A stretch of 64,000 nucleotides of DNA, taken from Gemmatimonadales bacterium (GTDB lineage Bacteria > Gemmatimonadota > Gemmatimonadetes > Gemmatimonadales > GWC2-71-9). The stretch is taken from positions 2,208,001 through 2,272,000 of the forward strand of contig OZ252244.1 in the NCBI GenBank assembly GCA_965249575.1. The letters run 5' to 3'. Positions 26,881-36,762 of this stretch are shown piece by piece (position 1 is the stretch's first letter; each line of letters starts with the position of its first letter). A model generated the notes under the pieces. It had not been told where the DNA came from. It saw only the letters and a program-made list of their open reading frames with translations, and searched no databases. A program made the position numbers and the translations under genes.

Positions 26881-29028
26881 TCAGGCGCCGCGTCGATTGT
26901 CGGGGGTTACGCTTAACGCCCGCCCGCCCGCTCGCCGTAGCGTAGCCTTCACTCGTGCGAGGAAGCGAGGTGGATCGATCGGTTTACGAATGTAGTCGTC
27001 GGCACCCACGTCCATGAGTCGCACTTCGGAGAATTCGGGATCGCAGTCTTCTGAACCAGTCAACACGATCACTGGTAAGCCGGCGGTGCCTACCGAGCCG
27101 CGCAGGTTCTTGAGCACCTGGTGTCCGTTCAACCTGGGCATCTCCAAATCAAGGATGACGAGATCGTAGGCATCAGGGCCGAGAATGCGGTCCAAGCCAG
27201 ACTGCCCGTCCTCCGCCTCTGTAACGTCAAAGCCGTTCTTCTCGAGCAGGGTTCGGGCGACTCGCCGGTTCACGGCGTCATCGTCCACTAGTAGAACGCG
27301 TGAGTCGTCAGATGGCGGGGCATTCGGCTCGGGAGCGTCTCCGAGGGCCCGTTCGATTTCCTGCTCAGTGGTGGTTCCCGCCTGCACGAGACACATCGCC
27401 GCATCACGCATCGGCACCATCCCCGCAGCCGTAGCCGCGCGCTGCAGCTCTGGCGCGCTGGCGCCCTGAGCGATGAGTTCTTGGATCTCTGGGGTCGAGA
27501 CGACCAACTCGGTGACGGGTACTCGCCCGCGGTACCCGGTTTTTCCACACTCATCGCACCCAGCCGGTACAGTTCCCGATCCATCAGTCGTCGCGCTCGC
27601 GGACGACGAATCTGGCCCCCCGTCCGGGTTCGTGTTTGGGTCTCCGCAGATCTGGCATACTCTTCGCACGAGACGTTGTGCCAGTGCTCCTCTCAAGCAC
27701 TCGGCGACCGAGGGCAGGTCGAGGCCTAGGTCGCGGAGACGCCCGACTACACCGACTGCGTCGTTCGTGTGTAGTGACGCGAGAACGAGGTGCTCGGTTA
27801 ACGACGCCTGGACGGCGATCTTGGCGGTTTCAAGGTCTCGGATCTCTCCGATGAAAATCACGTCCGGATCTTGGCGCAGGATGGCCCGGAGCGCAGAAGC
27901 GAATGTCACTCCTCGGCCCGTATCGACCTGCATTTGCGTGATCCCCGGCATCTCGTACTCGACTGGGTCCTCAACGCTCATGATGTTCACTTCACCTGTC
28001 GCGAGCTGTCGAATCGCTCCGTAAAGCGTAGTAGTCTTCCCGGATCCGGTGGGCCCGGTGACGACGACTATGCCGTCCCGCTGGCTCAGCAGACGCCGCA
28101 GGCCAGCGAGGTCATGCGGGGCGATACCGATTCTCTCCAGTGTGAGGCCCGTCTCTGGCTCGAGGATGCGAATCACCGCCTTCTCAGCTTCTCGGGTGGG
28201 CACGGTCGACACACGCAAGTCGATGTTTCGCGCCTCGACCCGAATGGCCGCGCGGCCGTCCTGAGGCCTCAGTCGGTCGGCTATATCGAGCTTGCTGATG
28301 ATCTTGATCCGCGAGATGATCCGGTTGATCACCGGCATCGGCATCTTCATGTAGTTGCGGAGGACGCCATCGACCCGGAAGCGCACGGAGCCACCCGCGC
28401 GGCCCGGCTCAATGTGGATATCGCTCGCTCGTCGGCTCACGGCGTCGCGTAGGATCAGGTTCGTGAGCTTGATTACAGGAGTGGCTCGCGCTTCGTCGGC
28501 TGCGACGACCTCTGCGGGTGCTTCCTCGACCTCGCGAACCGCGACCGCAGTCTCAGCGTCCACGCTACTGAGCAAGCTTTCGACCATGCGCTCTGGGGAA
28601 TACCGAGCGTCGATTGCCTCCCGGAGATCCTTTGGTGGCGCAACCTCGAAAACGGGCGTCCTCCCCGACGCGAATCCCAGAAGCTGCTCCGCCTCGAGAT
28701 CCCTGGGGTCGCTGGTTGCGACGACGATGTGATGGTCGTCCTGACGTAGGGGGTAGACGAGGAAGCGCCGCGCGATCTCTTCTGGCAGGAGCTTAAGCGC
28801 TCCAGACTCGGCCGTGGTGAGATCGGCCACCGGGAGCCGGAAGTGAGCTGCTACTAGGCGTGCCAGCTCCCCGTCGTTCGTTCCAGATTTCGAGCAGACC
28901 TTTTCCCACACCGTAGCGACTGGGACGCCCGGCGGGACGACGCGGGCTTCGACACCAGGCAGCCCAGCATCCTGGGCGGCCGACAGTAGCCAATGTGTGG
29001 ACCGCTCAGCGGTTCTCTCGACGCTCAT
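26881..29028 (-). CDS. GspE/PilB secretion ATPase fused to a C-terminal response-regulator receiver domain
   Basis: ASDIHIEP, PQDGR, GPTGSGKTT, LRQDPD..GEIRD, two CxxC; REC motifs VDDD, ILDLEMP, LTG, KP. Confidence 0.9.
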   Translation of the reverse strand: MSVERTAERSTHWLLSAAQDAGLPGVEARVVPPGVPVATVWEKVCSKSGTNDGELARLVAAHFRLPVADLTTAESGALKLLPEEIARRFLVYPLRQDDHHIVVATSDPRDLEAEQLLGFASGRTPVFEVAPPKDLREAIDARYSPERMVESLLSSVDAETAVAVREVEEAPAEVVAADEARATPVIKLTNLILRDAVSRRASDIHIEPGRAGGSVRFRVDGVLRNYMKMPMPVINRIISRIKIISKLDIADRLRPQDGRAAIRVEARNIDLRVSTVPTREAEKAVIRILEPETGLTLERIGIAPHDLAGLRRLLSQRDGIVVVTGPTGSGKTTTLYGAIRQLATGEVNIMSVEDPVEYEMPGITQMQVDTGRGVTFASALRAILRQDPDVIFIGEIRDLETAKIAVQASLTEHLVLASLHTNDAVGVVGRLRDLGLDLPSVAECLRGALAQRLVRRVCQICGDPNTNPDGGPDSSSASATTDGSGTVPAGCDECGKTGYRGRVPVTELVVSTPEIQELIAQGASAPELQRAATAAGMVPMRDAAMCLVQAGTTTEQEIERALGDAPEPNAPPSDDSRVLLVDDDAVNRRVARTLLEKNGFDVTEAEDGQSGLDRILGPDAYDLVILDLEMPRLNGHQVLKNLRGSVGTAGLPVIVLTGSEDCDPEFSEVRLMDVGADDYIRKPIDPPRFLARVKATLRRAGGRALSVTPDNRRGA

Positions 29029-29459
29029 GCTTCGGGCTGAACGACTGACTTCAGGTGGTCGACCACGGCATCATGCGACGCACGAACCTGACCAAGCAGC
29101 TCCGTGGCTCGCTCTGCGTCGTTCGCCCTACCCGCGAGCTCCGCCTGTCTGAGGAGCTCAGCGAGTCCGTGAGCTCCAATTGCAGCGGCGGAGGACTTGT
29201 ATGCATGGGCGGCCTTGTGGATTCGATCGGGCTCGCCAGTCGCGGCAGCGCCTGCGAGCGCCTCCATCCGGGTCGGCGCCTCTTCGATGAACAGGACGAG
29301 TATGGAATTCACACCTTCCTCGATCCCGGCCTCACGCATCATTTGGTAGAACGACGCGAGATCGACTGGGGGCGCACCCCCAGCGGTCTGAGTGGTCGGT
29401 CCAGCTCGTGATCCGGTCGGCTCTAGGTCCGGTTCCGGCTCTGTCACGGTATCCCCCAA
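29025..29459 (-). CDS. Hpt (histidine phosphotransfer) domain protein
   Basis: AHAYKSSAAAIGA consensus; ATGA overlap with the ATPase gene. Confidence 0.85.
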   Translation of the reverse strand: MGDTVTEPEPDLEPTGSRAGPTTQTAGGAPPVDLASFYQMMREAGIEEGVNSILVLFIEEAPTRMEALAGAAATGEPDRIHKAAHAYKSSAAAIGAHGLAELLRQAELAGRANDAERATELLGQVRASHDAVVDHLKSVVQPEA

Positions 29460-29603
29460 AAGTCCACTATGCGGCTGTTGCCCGGGACGGTTAGTGGTTT
29501 AGTATCGGTGGGATCTCCGTTCGTCCTTAGGTCTCATGCGATATGTCTGGCATTGAGTAGGGAAGCACGCTGGCGGTCCGGCCATTGTGGGTGGGCGGGC
29601 GAC

Positions 29604-30361
29604 CTAACCTGTCCTCTTCCCGACACGTAGGTGAAGTGGCCACAACACTTTGCGAGCGGCGCCCCACCGTGGCGTAAGGAGATCGACGATCCGGCGTACT
29701 GGATCCTCCCCATGCTGGCGCACGAAGCGTTGGACGGCAGACCAGGTTCGGATGTAGCCCTCCATCTGCGCGAGGGTCCATGCACATTGGATCGAGAGGT
29801 GAGGTACGTCGATCTCGTCAAACGGGAACGCGATCTCGGCGTATCCCGTATCCACCAGTCTGCGCTCGCTAGGCCAGTACGCCTGCATTTCCCCCTTGTA
29901 AAAGGCCCGTAACACTTCATCGACCTCGCTCGATACTCGCGCGAGTGAGTAGCACCACACGGCGACCACGCCGTCGGGAGCCAGTACCCGGTGGGCTTCC
30001 TGGAAGAAGCGATCCTTGTCGAGCCAGTGCAGGGCCTGAGCCACGGTGACCAAGTCGACCGACTCCGCTTCCAGGCCGCTCCTCTCAGCCGGGGAAACGC
30101 GGTACTGGATGCGGGGGTGAGATTGCGCGTGAGTGATTTGGTCGACGCTCGCGTCCGTCGCGATTACGAGGTCAAAATGGAGAGCGAGGCCGAGCGCAGC
30201 TTGACCGTTACCGGTGGCGCAGTCCCAGGCGAGGCGGCGGCCCGGAGAGTGGCCTGCCAGGCAATCGAAGAGTTCAGCGGGGTAGCCCGGGCGGAACGTG
30301 GCGTATGATGCCGCGCAGTGGGAGAAGTGGTCGTCGTGGTCGGTTTTCCCCAGCGGTTCAC
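29604..30361 (-). CDS. Class I SAM-dependent methyltransferase (probable frameshift just after the start)
   Basis: Frame extends upstream of the ORF track: DHFS..AASYATFRPGYP...AWDCATGNGQAA...VAQALHW; GTG at 30361 is out of frame across the T4C4 run at 30344-30351. Confidence 0.82.
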
Positions 30362-31350
30362 GACCTCCGGCGCGTCCTCAATTCCTCGAGAGATCCCCTG
30401 ACGTAGTTGCGTGTCATTTCCTTCCGCCATGACAGGCCAAAATCGGTGTTGTCCATTGGTTTCGAGGGCTTGAACGCGGCGGCGGCCGCTGCCTGAATGG
30501 CGTCGTCGTCTAGATCCGTTCCAACGATAGCCGCCGCCGCCTCGGGTACGGTCTGCGGTTGGCTCGCTACGGCACCGAGGACGATACGAGCCTCGGCCAC
30601 TCGAGGCCCGTCCCACCGAATCCAGCTTGCCACCCCGAGTACGGGAAAGTCGAACGACCCACGCCTCCGCAGCTTCCAGTAGGTGGCGTCCCAGCCATCA
30701 GTAGGTGGGAGGCGCACTTCGGTCAGGATCTCGTCCGGCCGCTTCGCGACGTAGTCGATGCCATCGTTCCGGTAGAAGTCACTGGCAGGTACGACGCGAT
30801 CCGAGGTCGGGCCGAGTAGGTGGTACTCCGCCGCAAGCGCCACCGCCACCGGGGCGAGGTCACTCGAGTTCACCGCCCAACAGCGGGGGCTCCGCGGCGC
30901 AACCCAGCACACGGTGCCGTCCTTTTTCATGCAGAAATCGATGGCCTTTCGCCACTCGAAGGTTTGATTGTAGTAATTGCAGCGCGTGTCGAGACACAGA
31001 TTACCGCCGACCGTCCCCATGTTTCGGAGCAGGGGCGTGCTGATGAGATCCGCCGCCCGCGCCAGGACGGGATACCGACGCCGAATCGTTCGGTGTCCGA
31101 TGAGCTGGGTCAGAGTGAGACACGAGCCGACCGCGAGACCGCGCTTCCGGTCACCGGCTACACGGAAGAGCTTCTTGATGCCACCCAGTGCGACCAGAAC
31201 TCCCGGCTCCTGGTGGCGGCGTTTCATGTTTGGGTAGATGTCGGTACCGCCCGCCACGTACATCCCGGTTGGGCCGTTATCCGCCATCATCTGAAGGGCC
31301 TGTCTCAGCGTTCTTGGCTGGAGGTATTGGAAGGGCGGTAGTCGGAGCAT
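30358..31350 (-). CDS. Xanthine dehydrogenase family FAD subunit, 4-hydroxybenzoyl-CoA reductase beta-like (Cys-rich insert)
   Basis: AGGTD, RNMGTVGGNLC, Cys-rich insert RCNYYNQ...C...C...C, KLRRRGSFDFP. Confidence 0.88.
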   Translation of the reverse strand: MLRLPPFQYLQPRTLRQALQMMADNGPTGMYVAGGTDIYPNMKRRHQEPGVLVALGGIKKLFRVAGDRKRGLAVGSCLTLTQLIGHRTIRRRYPVLARAADLISTPLLRNMGTVGGNLCLDTRCNYYNQTFEWRKAIDFCMKKDGTVCWVAPRSPRCWAVNSSDLAPVAVALAAEYHLLGPTSDRVVPASDFYRNDGIDYVAKRPDEILTEVRLPPTDGWDATYWKLRRRGSFDFPVLGVASWIRWDGPRVAEARIVLGAVASQPQTVPEAAAAIVGTDLDDDAIQAAAAAAFKPSKPMDNTDFGLSWRKEMTRNYVRGSLEELRTRRRS

Positions 31351-31360
31351 GGGAAGAGAA

Positions 31361-33857
31361 TCAGCGGTCCGAATTGGACCGCTGACCGGAGGCGGCGGGC
31401 ATCCGATTGGTTTTCACTTGATCCTCCGTCCTCCCACTGCGAGGGGTTGCGGTGCCGTCCCCCCCTTCCCAGGGCGGCCGGACGTAGGTGGGCTCAGGCC
31501 ACGTCACCTTCGGGAACCGATCCGGCCCGAATCTGCCCTCCCGGCCTGCCGCTTTGTGCCGCAGCGCGCGCAGGACTTTTTCTGGAGTGATGGGCACCTC
31601 GTCGATGCGCACCCCGACGGCGTCGTACACCGCATTCGCAAGCGCGGGTGGGATCGGTAGGAGTGGTCCCTGCCCGACCTCCTTGGCGCCGAACGGGCCA
31701 TTGGGATCCGGCCGCTCGATCAGGAACGTGTCGACATCGCACATCTCGAGCGTGGTAGGGCTCTTGTATTCCAGCATGCTCGGGATCTTGTGGATCACGT
31801 TGAGTTTCGGGCGATAGGCCATCTCCTCCATCAGAGCTTCGCCGAGGCCCATGTAGACGCTGCCTTCGACCTGCCCTAACACGGCGACCGGATTGATCGA
31901 CCGGCCAATGTCGTGCGCGATCCAGATCTTTGGCACGGTGACGATCCCGCTTTCAGGATCGAGCTCGACTTCGGCGACCGCGGCGCTGTAGGAGTAGGCT
32001 GGAGAGGGACCGACGCCTGCCCCCCGATAACGCCCCGGTGATCTCGGGGGTGTGTAGGACCCGAGAGCGCCAACCGTTCCCTGCGCCGCCTCCGCGAGCT
32101 GTATCGCCTTCGCGAACGTCACACCGCGCTCGGGATTCTCGGAGTCAAACACGCGCCGCTCCGCGAACGCGATACGCGCCGCGGGGACTTCGAGGTGCCG
32201 AGCAACGTGGTCAGCCAAAATGCTGCGGGTGCGTGTCGCCGCCTGGATCGCAGCGTTCCCTGTCATCAGCGTGACGCGGCTCGAATAGCTGCCGAGGTCG
32301 ACCGGTGTGAGGTCGGTGTCGCCGGTAAACACGCTGATCTCGAGTGGGTCGATGCCGAGTAACTCCGCCACGATGTAGGCCAGAATCGAGTCCGATCCCT
32401 GTCCGATCTCGGTCGATCCGCAGAACACCGTAACCCCGCCCCCGCGGTCGCACTTCAACTGCACGCCGGAATGCGGCATGTCGTTCCAGTAGATAGGGAG
32501 TCCCGCGCCGCAGATATAACTGGCACCCGCGAGGCCCAATCCGCGTCCGTAGGGAAGCTGTCTGAACCGACTCTTCCATCCTGACGCATCCACCACTTTT
32601 TCGATGCATTCGCGGAGTCCGATGGACCCAACCTGGAGGTAATTCGCGGTGACGGCATTGGGTGGAACCAGATTTGCCAGACGTATCTCGGCCGGATCGA
32701 GGCTCAGTCGTTCGGCGATCTTGTCCGATGTGGACTTCGAGAGCGAAGCGCGGCTGTGGCGTCCCGTGCCCGCGGCTTGGGTCCGCACGGTGGCTTGTTG
32801 GTGAATACGCGGGCGCCCTGGTCACGAAGGACGGCTCGATCAGGGCAATGCACTTCAAGTCCGTACTTGGATGGTGGCGGCTACGGGTCCTACGGCGTGG
32901 CGAGCACGTATTACAGGAAACGATAGCGACGTACAGGATACGTCACGGTCTGAAGCGCCCCCGACGCCCGTCTTGACCGACATGAGGGTGGGGTGCCGCC
33001 CGCGATGGCAACACCGGGCGGCCCATCAAGATCACGTTGACCAGAGAGGAGGTGTTCTATGATCATGGCGAGTTTTGCCACGGCGATCTCGTGACTAAAG
33101 GGATCGCTCTTGCCGCCGAACCCACCGCCGTTTGGGCACGCAATGACGCGAATGCGGGCCGGCGGCAACTCCAGCACCTTGGCCAGCGCTCGGTGAACGT
33201 AGTGCGGAGTCTGTGTTGAGCTCCACAGGATGAGCCGGCCGTCTGCCGACCACTGGGCGACCGCCGCGTGCTGCTCCATCGGGAGATGCGTATTGCCTTC
33301 GTAAAAGAAGAGGTCTTCCTGAATTAGATCTGCTTCAGCAAAGCCGTCCTCGACCTCGCCGAATTCCAGATCGACTGTCTTGTGGAGGTTGCCCAGCGGT
33401 CCGTAGTCATGAATACGCGGCTCGGGATGGGAGAGTGCATCTTCGATGCCCCCAATTGCCTGGAGGGGCTCGTATTCGACCTGGATCTGCTCGAGCGCGG
33501 CAACCGCAACGTCCTCGCTCACGGCAGCGACGGCCGCTATCGGGTCACCAACGAACCGGACCTTATCCGGCGCGAGGGCATGCTCGTCCTCGCTCACGGG
33601 TAGGATGCCGAACCGGATGGGCAGGTCCGAGCCCGTGATCACCGCGTAGACGCCCTGTGCGGAGGCTGCCGCTGTCACGTCGATCCCCACGATCCGGGCG
33701 TGGGCGTGTGGGCTGCGCGCAGGAGCTTGGCGAATCCCATGCGCGGAAGCACGATGTCGTCGGCGAATTTCGTGCTCCCGGTCACCTTCGCCACCGCGTC
33801 TACCTTGCGATGGGAGCGGCCAATCACCGTGTTCCGTCGCGCCTCACTACCGGCCAT
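31361..33857 (-). pseudogene. Xanthine dehydrogenase family molybdopterin-binding subunit, disrupted as sequenced (frameshifts plus internal inversions)
   Basis: AKVTG, GGGFGGK, RGHG.PQ, EIGQGS, GSYSSR, GQVEG, GAKEVGQ motifs spread over several frames and both strands; may be an assembly artefact. Confidence 0.85.
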
Positions 33858-34383
33858 ACAATACCTCGCGTGACGGAGTCGGCGACTCTCCACGCATCAT
33901 TGCCGCAGCGAGCTCAACCGCCTCGTAGATCTTGAGGTAGCCAGTGCAGCGGCAGAGGTTGCCTGACAGCTCTCGCTTGATCGTGGTCCGATCCGGGGCG
34001 GGGTTCTCCCGGAGCAGCGCTTCGGCAGCGAGCAAGAAGCCGGGGGTGCAGTATCCGCATTGGGCGGCTCCCAGCTCCGCGAAGGCTACTTGCAGCGGGT
34101 GGAGCTCCGCCCCGTGTGCCAGCCCCTCGACGGTCGTGACGCGGTGGTCCTGGCAAGCAAGTCCAAGCACCAGACAGGAGAGAACGGGCTGGTCGTCGAG
34201 CAGAACGGTGCAGGTGCCGCATTCCCCCAGCTCACATCCGTGCTTGGTACCGGTGAGACCGAGGTCCTCTCGGAGCACTTCGAGCAGCGTCTTGTGTGGG
34301 GTGAACGCGACTTCGACGGGTTCCCCGTTCAGCTCGAACGACGCGAGGGCTGTTGCGGCCGGCCTAACCTTTGACCGTCCCAA
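33847..34383 (-). CDS. (2Fe-2S)-binding small subunit, xanthine dehydrogenase family
   Basis: GCELGECGTCTV...SC, QCGYCTPG, GNLCRCTGY; start uncertain. Confidence 0.92.
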   Translation of the reverse strand: MGRSKVRPAATALASFELNGEPVEVAFTPHKTLLEVLREDLGLTGTKHGCELGECGTCTVLLDDQPVLSCLVLGLACQDHRVTTVEGLAHGAELHPLQVAFAELGAAQCGYCTPGFLLAAEALLRENPAPDRTTIKRELSGNLCRCTGYLKIYEAVELAAAMMRGESPTPSREVLYGR

Positions 34384-34603
34384 ACAGGAACGTCTCCGTC
34401 TGTTCGGTGAGAAACTTCCGCGCGTTCGGGTCTCGCAGATCGAGGGCGTGATGATTGATGAGCGCCGTCTGTTGCTGGAGCCACGCCTGCCAGCACTCCT
34501 GGCAAATCGATGTTGCGATCCGCTCGCCTAGTGCATTCGGTAATGGGCGCGTTCCCAGGGTAGGGCGATCTTGGCCGCACCGCGAACAGGTTGAGGAGTC
34601 CAT
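34364..34603 (-). CDS. yggX: Fe(II)-trafficking / oxidative damage protection protein YggX-like
   Basis: LGERI...IC..CW..W...QT.LIN...L.L.DP.ARKFL...FLF pattern; ATG at 34603. Confidence 0.8.
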   Translation of the reverse strand: MDSSTCSRCGQDRPTLGTRPLPNALGERIATSICQECWQAWLQQQTALINHHALDLRDPNARKFLTEQTETFLFGTVKG

Positions 34604-34658
34604 ATAGGGATAATCTAACCTTGCGGCAATGGAGGCGCGACGGCACGTTACGCCGGTC

Positions 34659-34865
34659 ATGGAGCGTTCGGACCGCACGGTGGGGCTTTGCTGGGATTGT
34701 GCATTCGCCCACCGCGTCCGGACGTTCAGCGGATCGATCTTTTGGCACTGTATGCGGTCGCGAAACGACCCATCATTTCCGAAGTACCCGCCATTGCCTG
34801 TGCTCAACTGCACTGGTTACCATCCCGATGTCAGCCGCGGCGACGCCGAGCGCACTTCCGAGTGA
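34659..34865 (+). CDS. Small cysteine-rich conserved-looking protein
   Basis: GLCWDC...GSIFWHC.RS..DP.FPKYP.LPVL.C.GY; four spaced Cys; alternative start at 34629. Confidence 0.65.
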   Translation: MERSDRTVGLCWDCAFAHRVRTFSGSIFWHCMRSRNDPSFPKYPPLPVLNCTGYHPDVSRGDAERTSE

Positions 34866-34927
34866 TCCTGATCGAGAACGCCGTCATGTGCCGGTGTCCA
34901 ACCCATACGCGCGCCCGGAGGTCAAGC

Positions 34928-35188
34928 ATGCAGGTACGCATGAATGTCGCGATGATCGACGCGCTCAAGACCACGCCGGAGATTCCGGACAATCTCATAG
35001 GGTGCGTCGGCAAAGCCCAGGCGGATGGGGCGGGTTTCCTCGTTCCCATGAATGTAGACGAAGCCATGGCAATGACGGAGCTGTGCCAGTGGTACATCCA
35101 AACGGACCCGTCCACCGGGAAGTTGACTCCTAAAGCGGAGCTCTTCGACTCCATCGTCCGTGCGGTGTACAGCGCCGAGGATGCCTGA
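34928..35188 (+). CDS. Hypothetical protein (86 aa)
   Basis: GGAGG RBS, ATG, globular composition, co-oriented with neighbours. Confidence 0.6.
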   Translation: MQVRMNVAMIDALKTTPEIPDNLIGCVGKAQADGAGFLVPMNVDEAMAMTELCQWYIQTDPSTGKLTPKAELFDSIVRAVYSAEDA

Positions 35189-35212
35189 ACTCAACTACCA
35201 ACGGAGGCGCGC

Positions 35213-35656
35213 ATGAGAACAATGTTTGCGTTCGTGACGATCGTCATATCGCTTGGCGGGCCCGCCTTGGGGCAGGAAAAACAGATCATCGCGGGGCCGG
35301 GCGCGCCGTCCACACTCCCTTTCTCGCCTGCGGTGAGAGTCGGCAACACGCTCTATCTCTCTGGCCAGATCGGAAGAGTGCGGGAAACCGGCCAACTCGC
35401 ACCTGGAGGCACCGCCGGGCAGGTCCGGCAGACCCTGGAGAACGTACGCGCCGTTCTTGAAACGGCGGGAAGCTCGATGGACAGGGTGGTCGAGTGCACG
35501 GTGTTCCTCGCTGACATCGCGGACTACCGCGCGATGAACGAGGTCTACGCGGCGTTCTTCCCGACCGCTCCACCCGCGCGATCCACGGTCGCCGTGTCAG
35601 GGCTTGCGGCGGGAGCCAGCGTGGAGATCGGGTGTATCGCCCTCGCTAACGCGTGA
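35213..35656 (+). CDS. RidA/YjgF/UK114 family protein with signal peptide
   Basis: FSPAV..G..LYLSGQIG, MNEVY..FF, PPARS, VEI; N-terminal signal ending ALG/Q. Confidence 0.88.
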   Translation: MRTMFAFVTIVISLGGPALGQEKQIIAGPGAPSTLPFSPAVRVGNTLYLSGQIGRVRETGQLAPGGTAGQVRQTLENVRAVLETAGSSMDRVVECTVFLADIADYRAMNEVYAAFFPTAPPARSTVAVSGLAAGASVEIGCIALANA

Positions 35657-36168
35657 AGATCAAACTGCAGTTGGCTGCCCTCGAGCCGCTCGTCCTCCAA
35701 CCGCTACATGGCCTGAGCCCGGAGGCGTGGCACGCCGCACCAGCTGCGAAGTGGAGTGTAGCTCAGATCGTCGCCCACCTTGCGCGCGCGGTCGATCTCT
35801 CCTCGTCGGCGTTTCGTCAGCGGGAAGACCGGCAAGGAATGGAGCGGCGGGCGACTCCGGCACAAGCCTTGTTGCGGCACGTCCTGCTCGGGATCGGACG
35901 GTTCACCGGCGGTCGGCAGGCTCCTCCAGAAGCCCGGCCACCCGAGCGACCAGAACCTGAGCTCGTCATGGCTCAGTTCAGGATCGGCGTCGAACGCTTC
36001 GTTGAGTTTGAGACCCGCTGGCCGGCCGAAAAACAGATCACGGTATTCGTGAAGCACCCAGTAATTGGTGATCTGAACCTTCCCGAGTGGATCCGGTTTC
36101 ACTATGTCCACTGTCGGCATCACGCACGGCAGATCCGAAGTCGGATACGTTGGCTCGCGCGGGCATAG
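35653..36168 (+). CDS. DinB/YfiT-like protein
   Basis: KWSVAQIVAHL...HPVIG.L...EW..F..VHCRHHARQI. Confidence 0.85.
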   Translation: MKIKLQLAALEPLVLQPLHGLSPEAWHAAPAAKWSVAQIVAHLARAVDLSSSAFRQREDRQGMERRATPAQALLRHVLLGIGRFTGGRQAPPEARPPERPEPELVMAQFRIGVERFVEFETRWPAEKQITVFVKHPVIGDLNLPEWIRFHYVHCRHHARQIRSRIRWLARA

Positions 36169-36762
36169 TCCTCTTCCTGGCGATTGTTGGGGTGGTGCCG
36201 CTTAGTGCCCAGGCCGGCGCTGGACCCGAGCACCCCCACCGATCGAAATACTCATGGCCGAAGTTTGCGGCGGGGTTTGCCGCGAGCCTCTTGGCACACG
36301 AGCTGGCTCACGTAGGGGCGGCATTTGCGGTCGGAGGCGACCCGTCGGTGGTACTCGACAGTGGCCGCCCGGTCATCCGGTCAGGGATCGACCCGAACGA
36401 CGATCCCGCCGGCCCATTTTGCGTTCTCAGCCGCCGGGATGGGCACGCAGCTGCTGATCAACGAGGTCGTGTTCCTCTTGCCGCACCGCGCCCCGAGGGC
36501 GAGTGCGTTCGAGTACGGCCTCATGGCTGGGGGGATCGGTACCGTTGCGTTCTACCTGTCGGTCGGCCGGAGCTCCGAGGTGGGAGACGTTCAGCAGATG
36601 GTGCAGCATTCCGGTCTCTCGACTTGGGGTGTGACAGCGATTTTCGGTGGTGTAGCGCTTGCGGAAATCGTCCGCCTCGCGTTGAGCGAGCGCTACCTGA
36701 ACTTCTTCGCAACCCCCACGCCCCAAAACGAGCTCGCCTTCGGCGTCTCCTCTGACTTCTAG
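36150..36762 (+). CDS. Membrane protein with HExxH motif, apparent +1 frameshift near 36413
   Basis: Signal peptide and AHELAH in one frame; continues FAFSAAG...GDV in the next frame after GGCCCAT. Confidence 0.6.

Noticed and set aside
32821..33060. Shufflon or recombinase-driven phase-variable inversion
   Set aside because: No inverted repeats at the block ends, no recombinase in the window, and the rearranged state simply breaks the enzyme.
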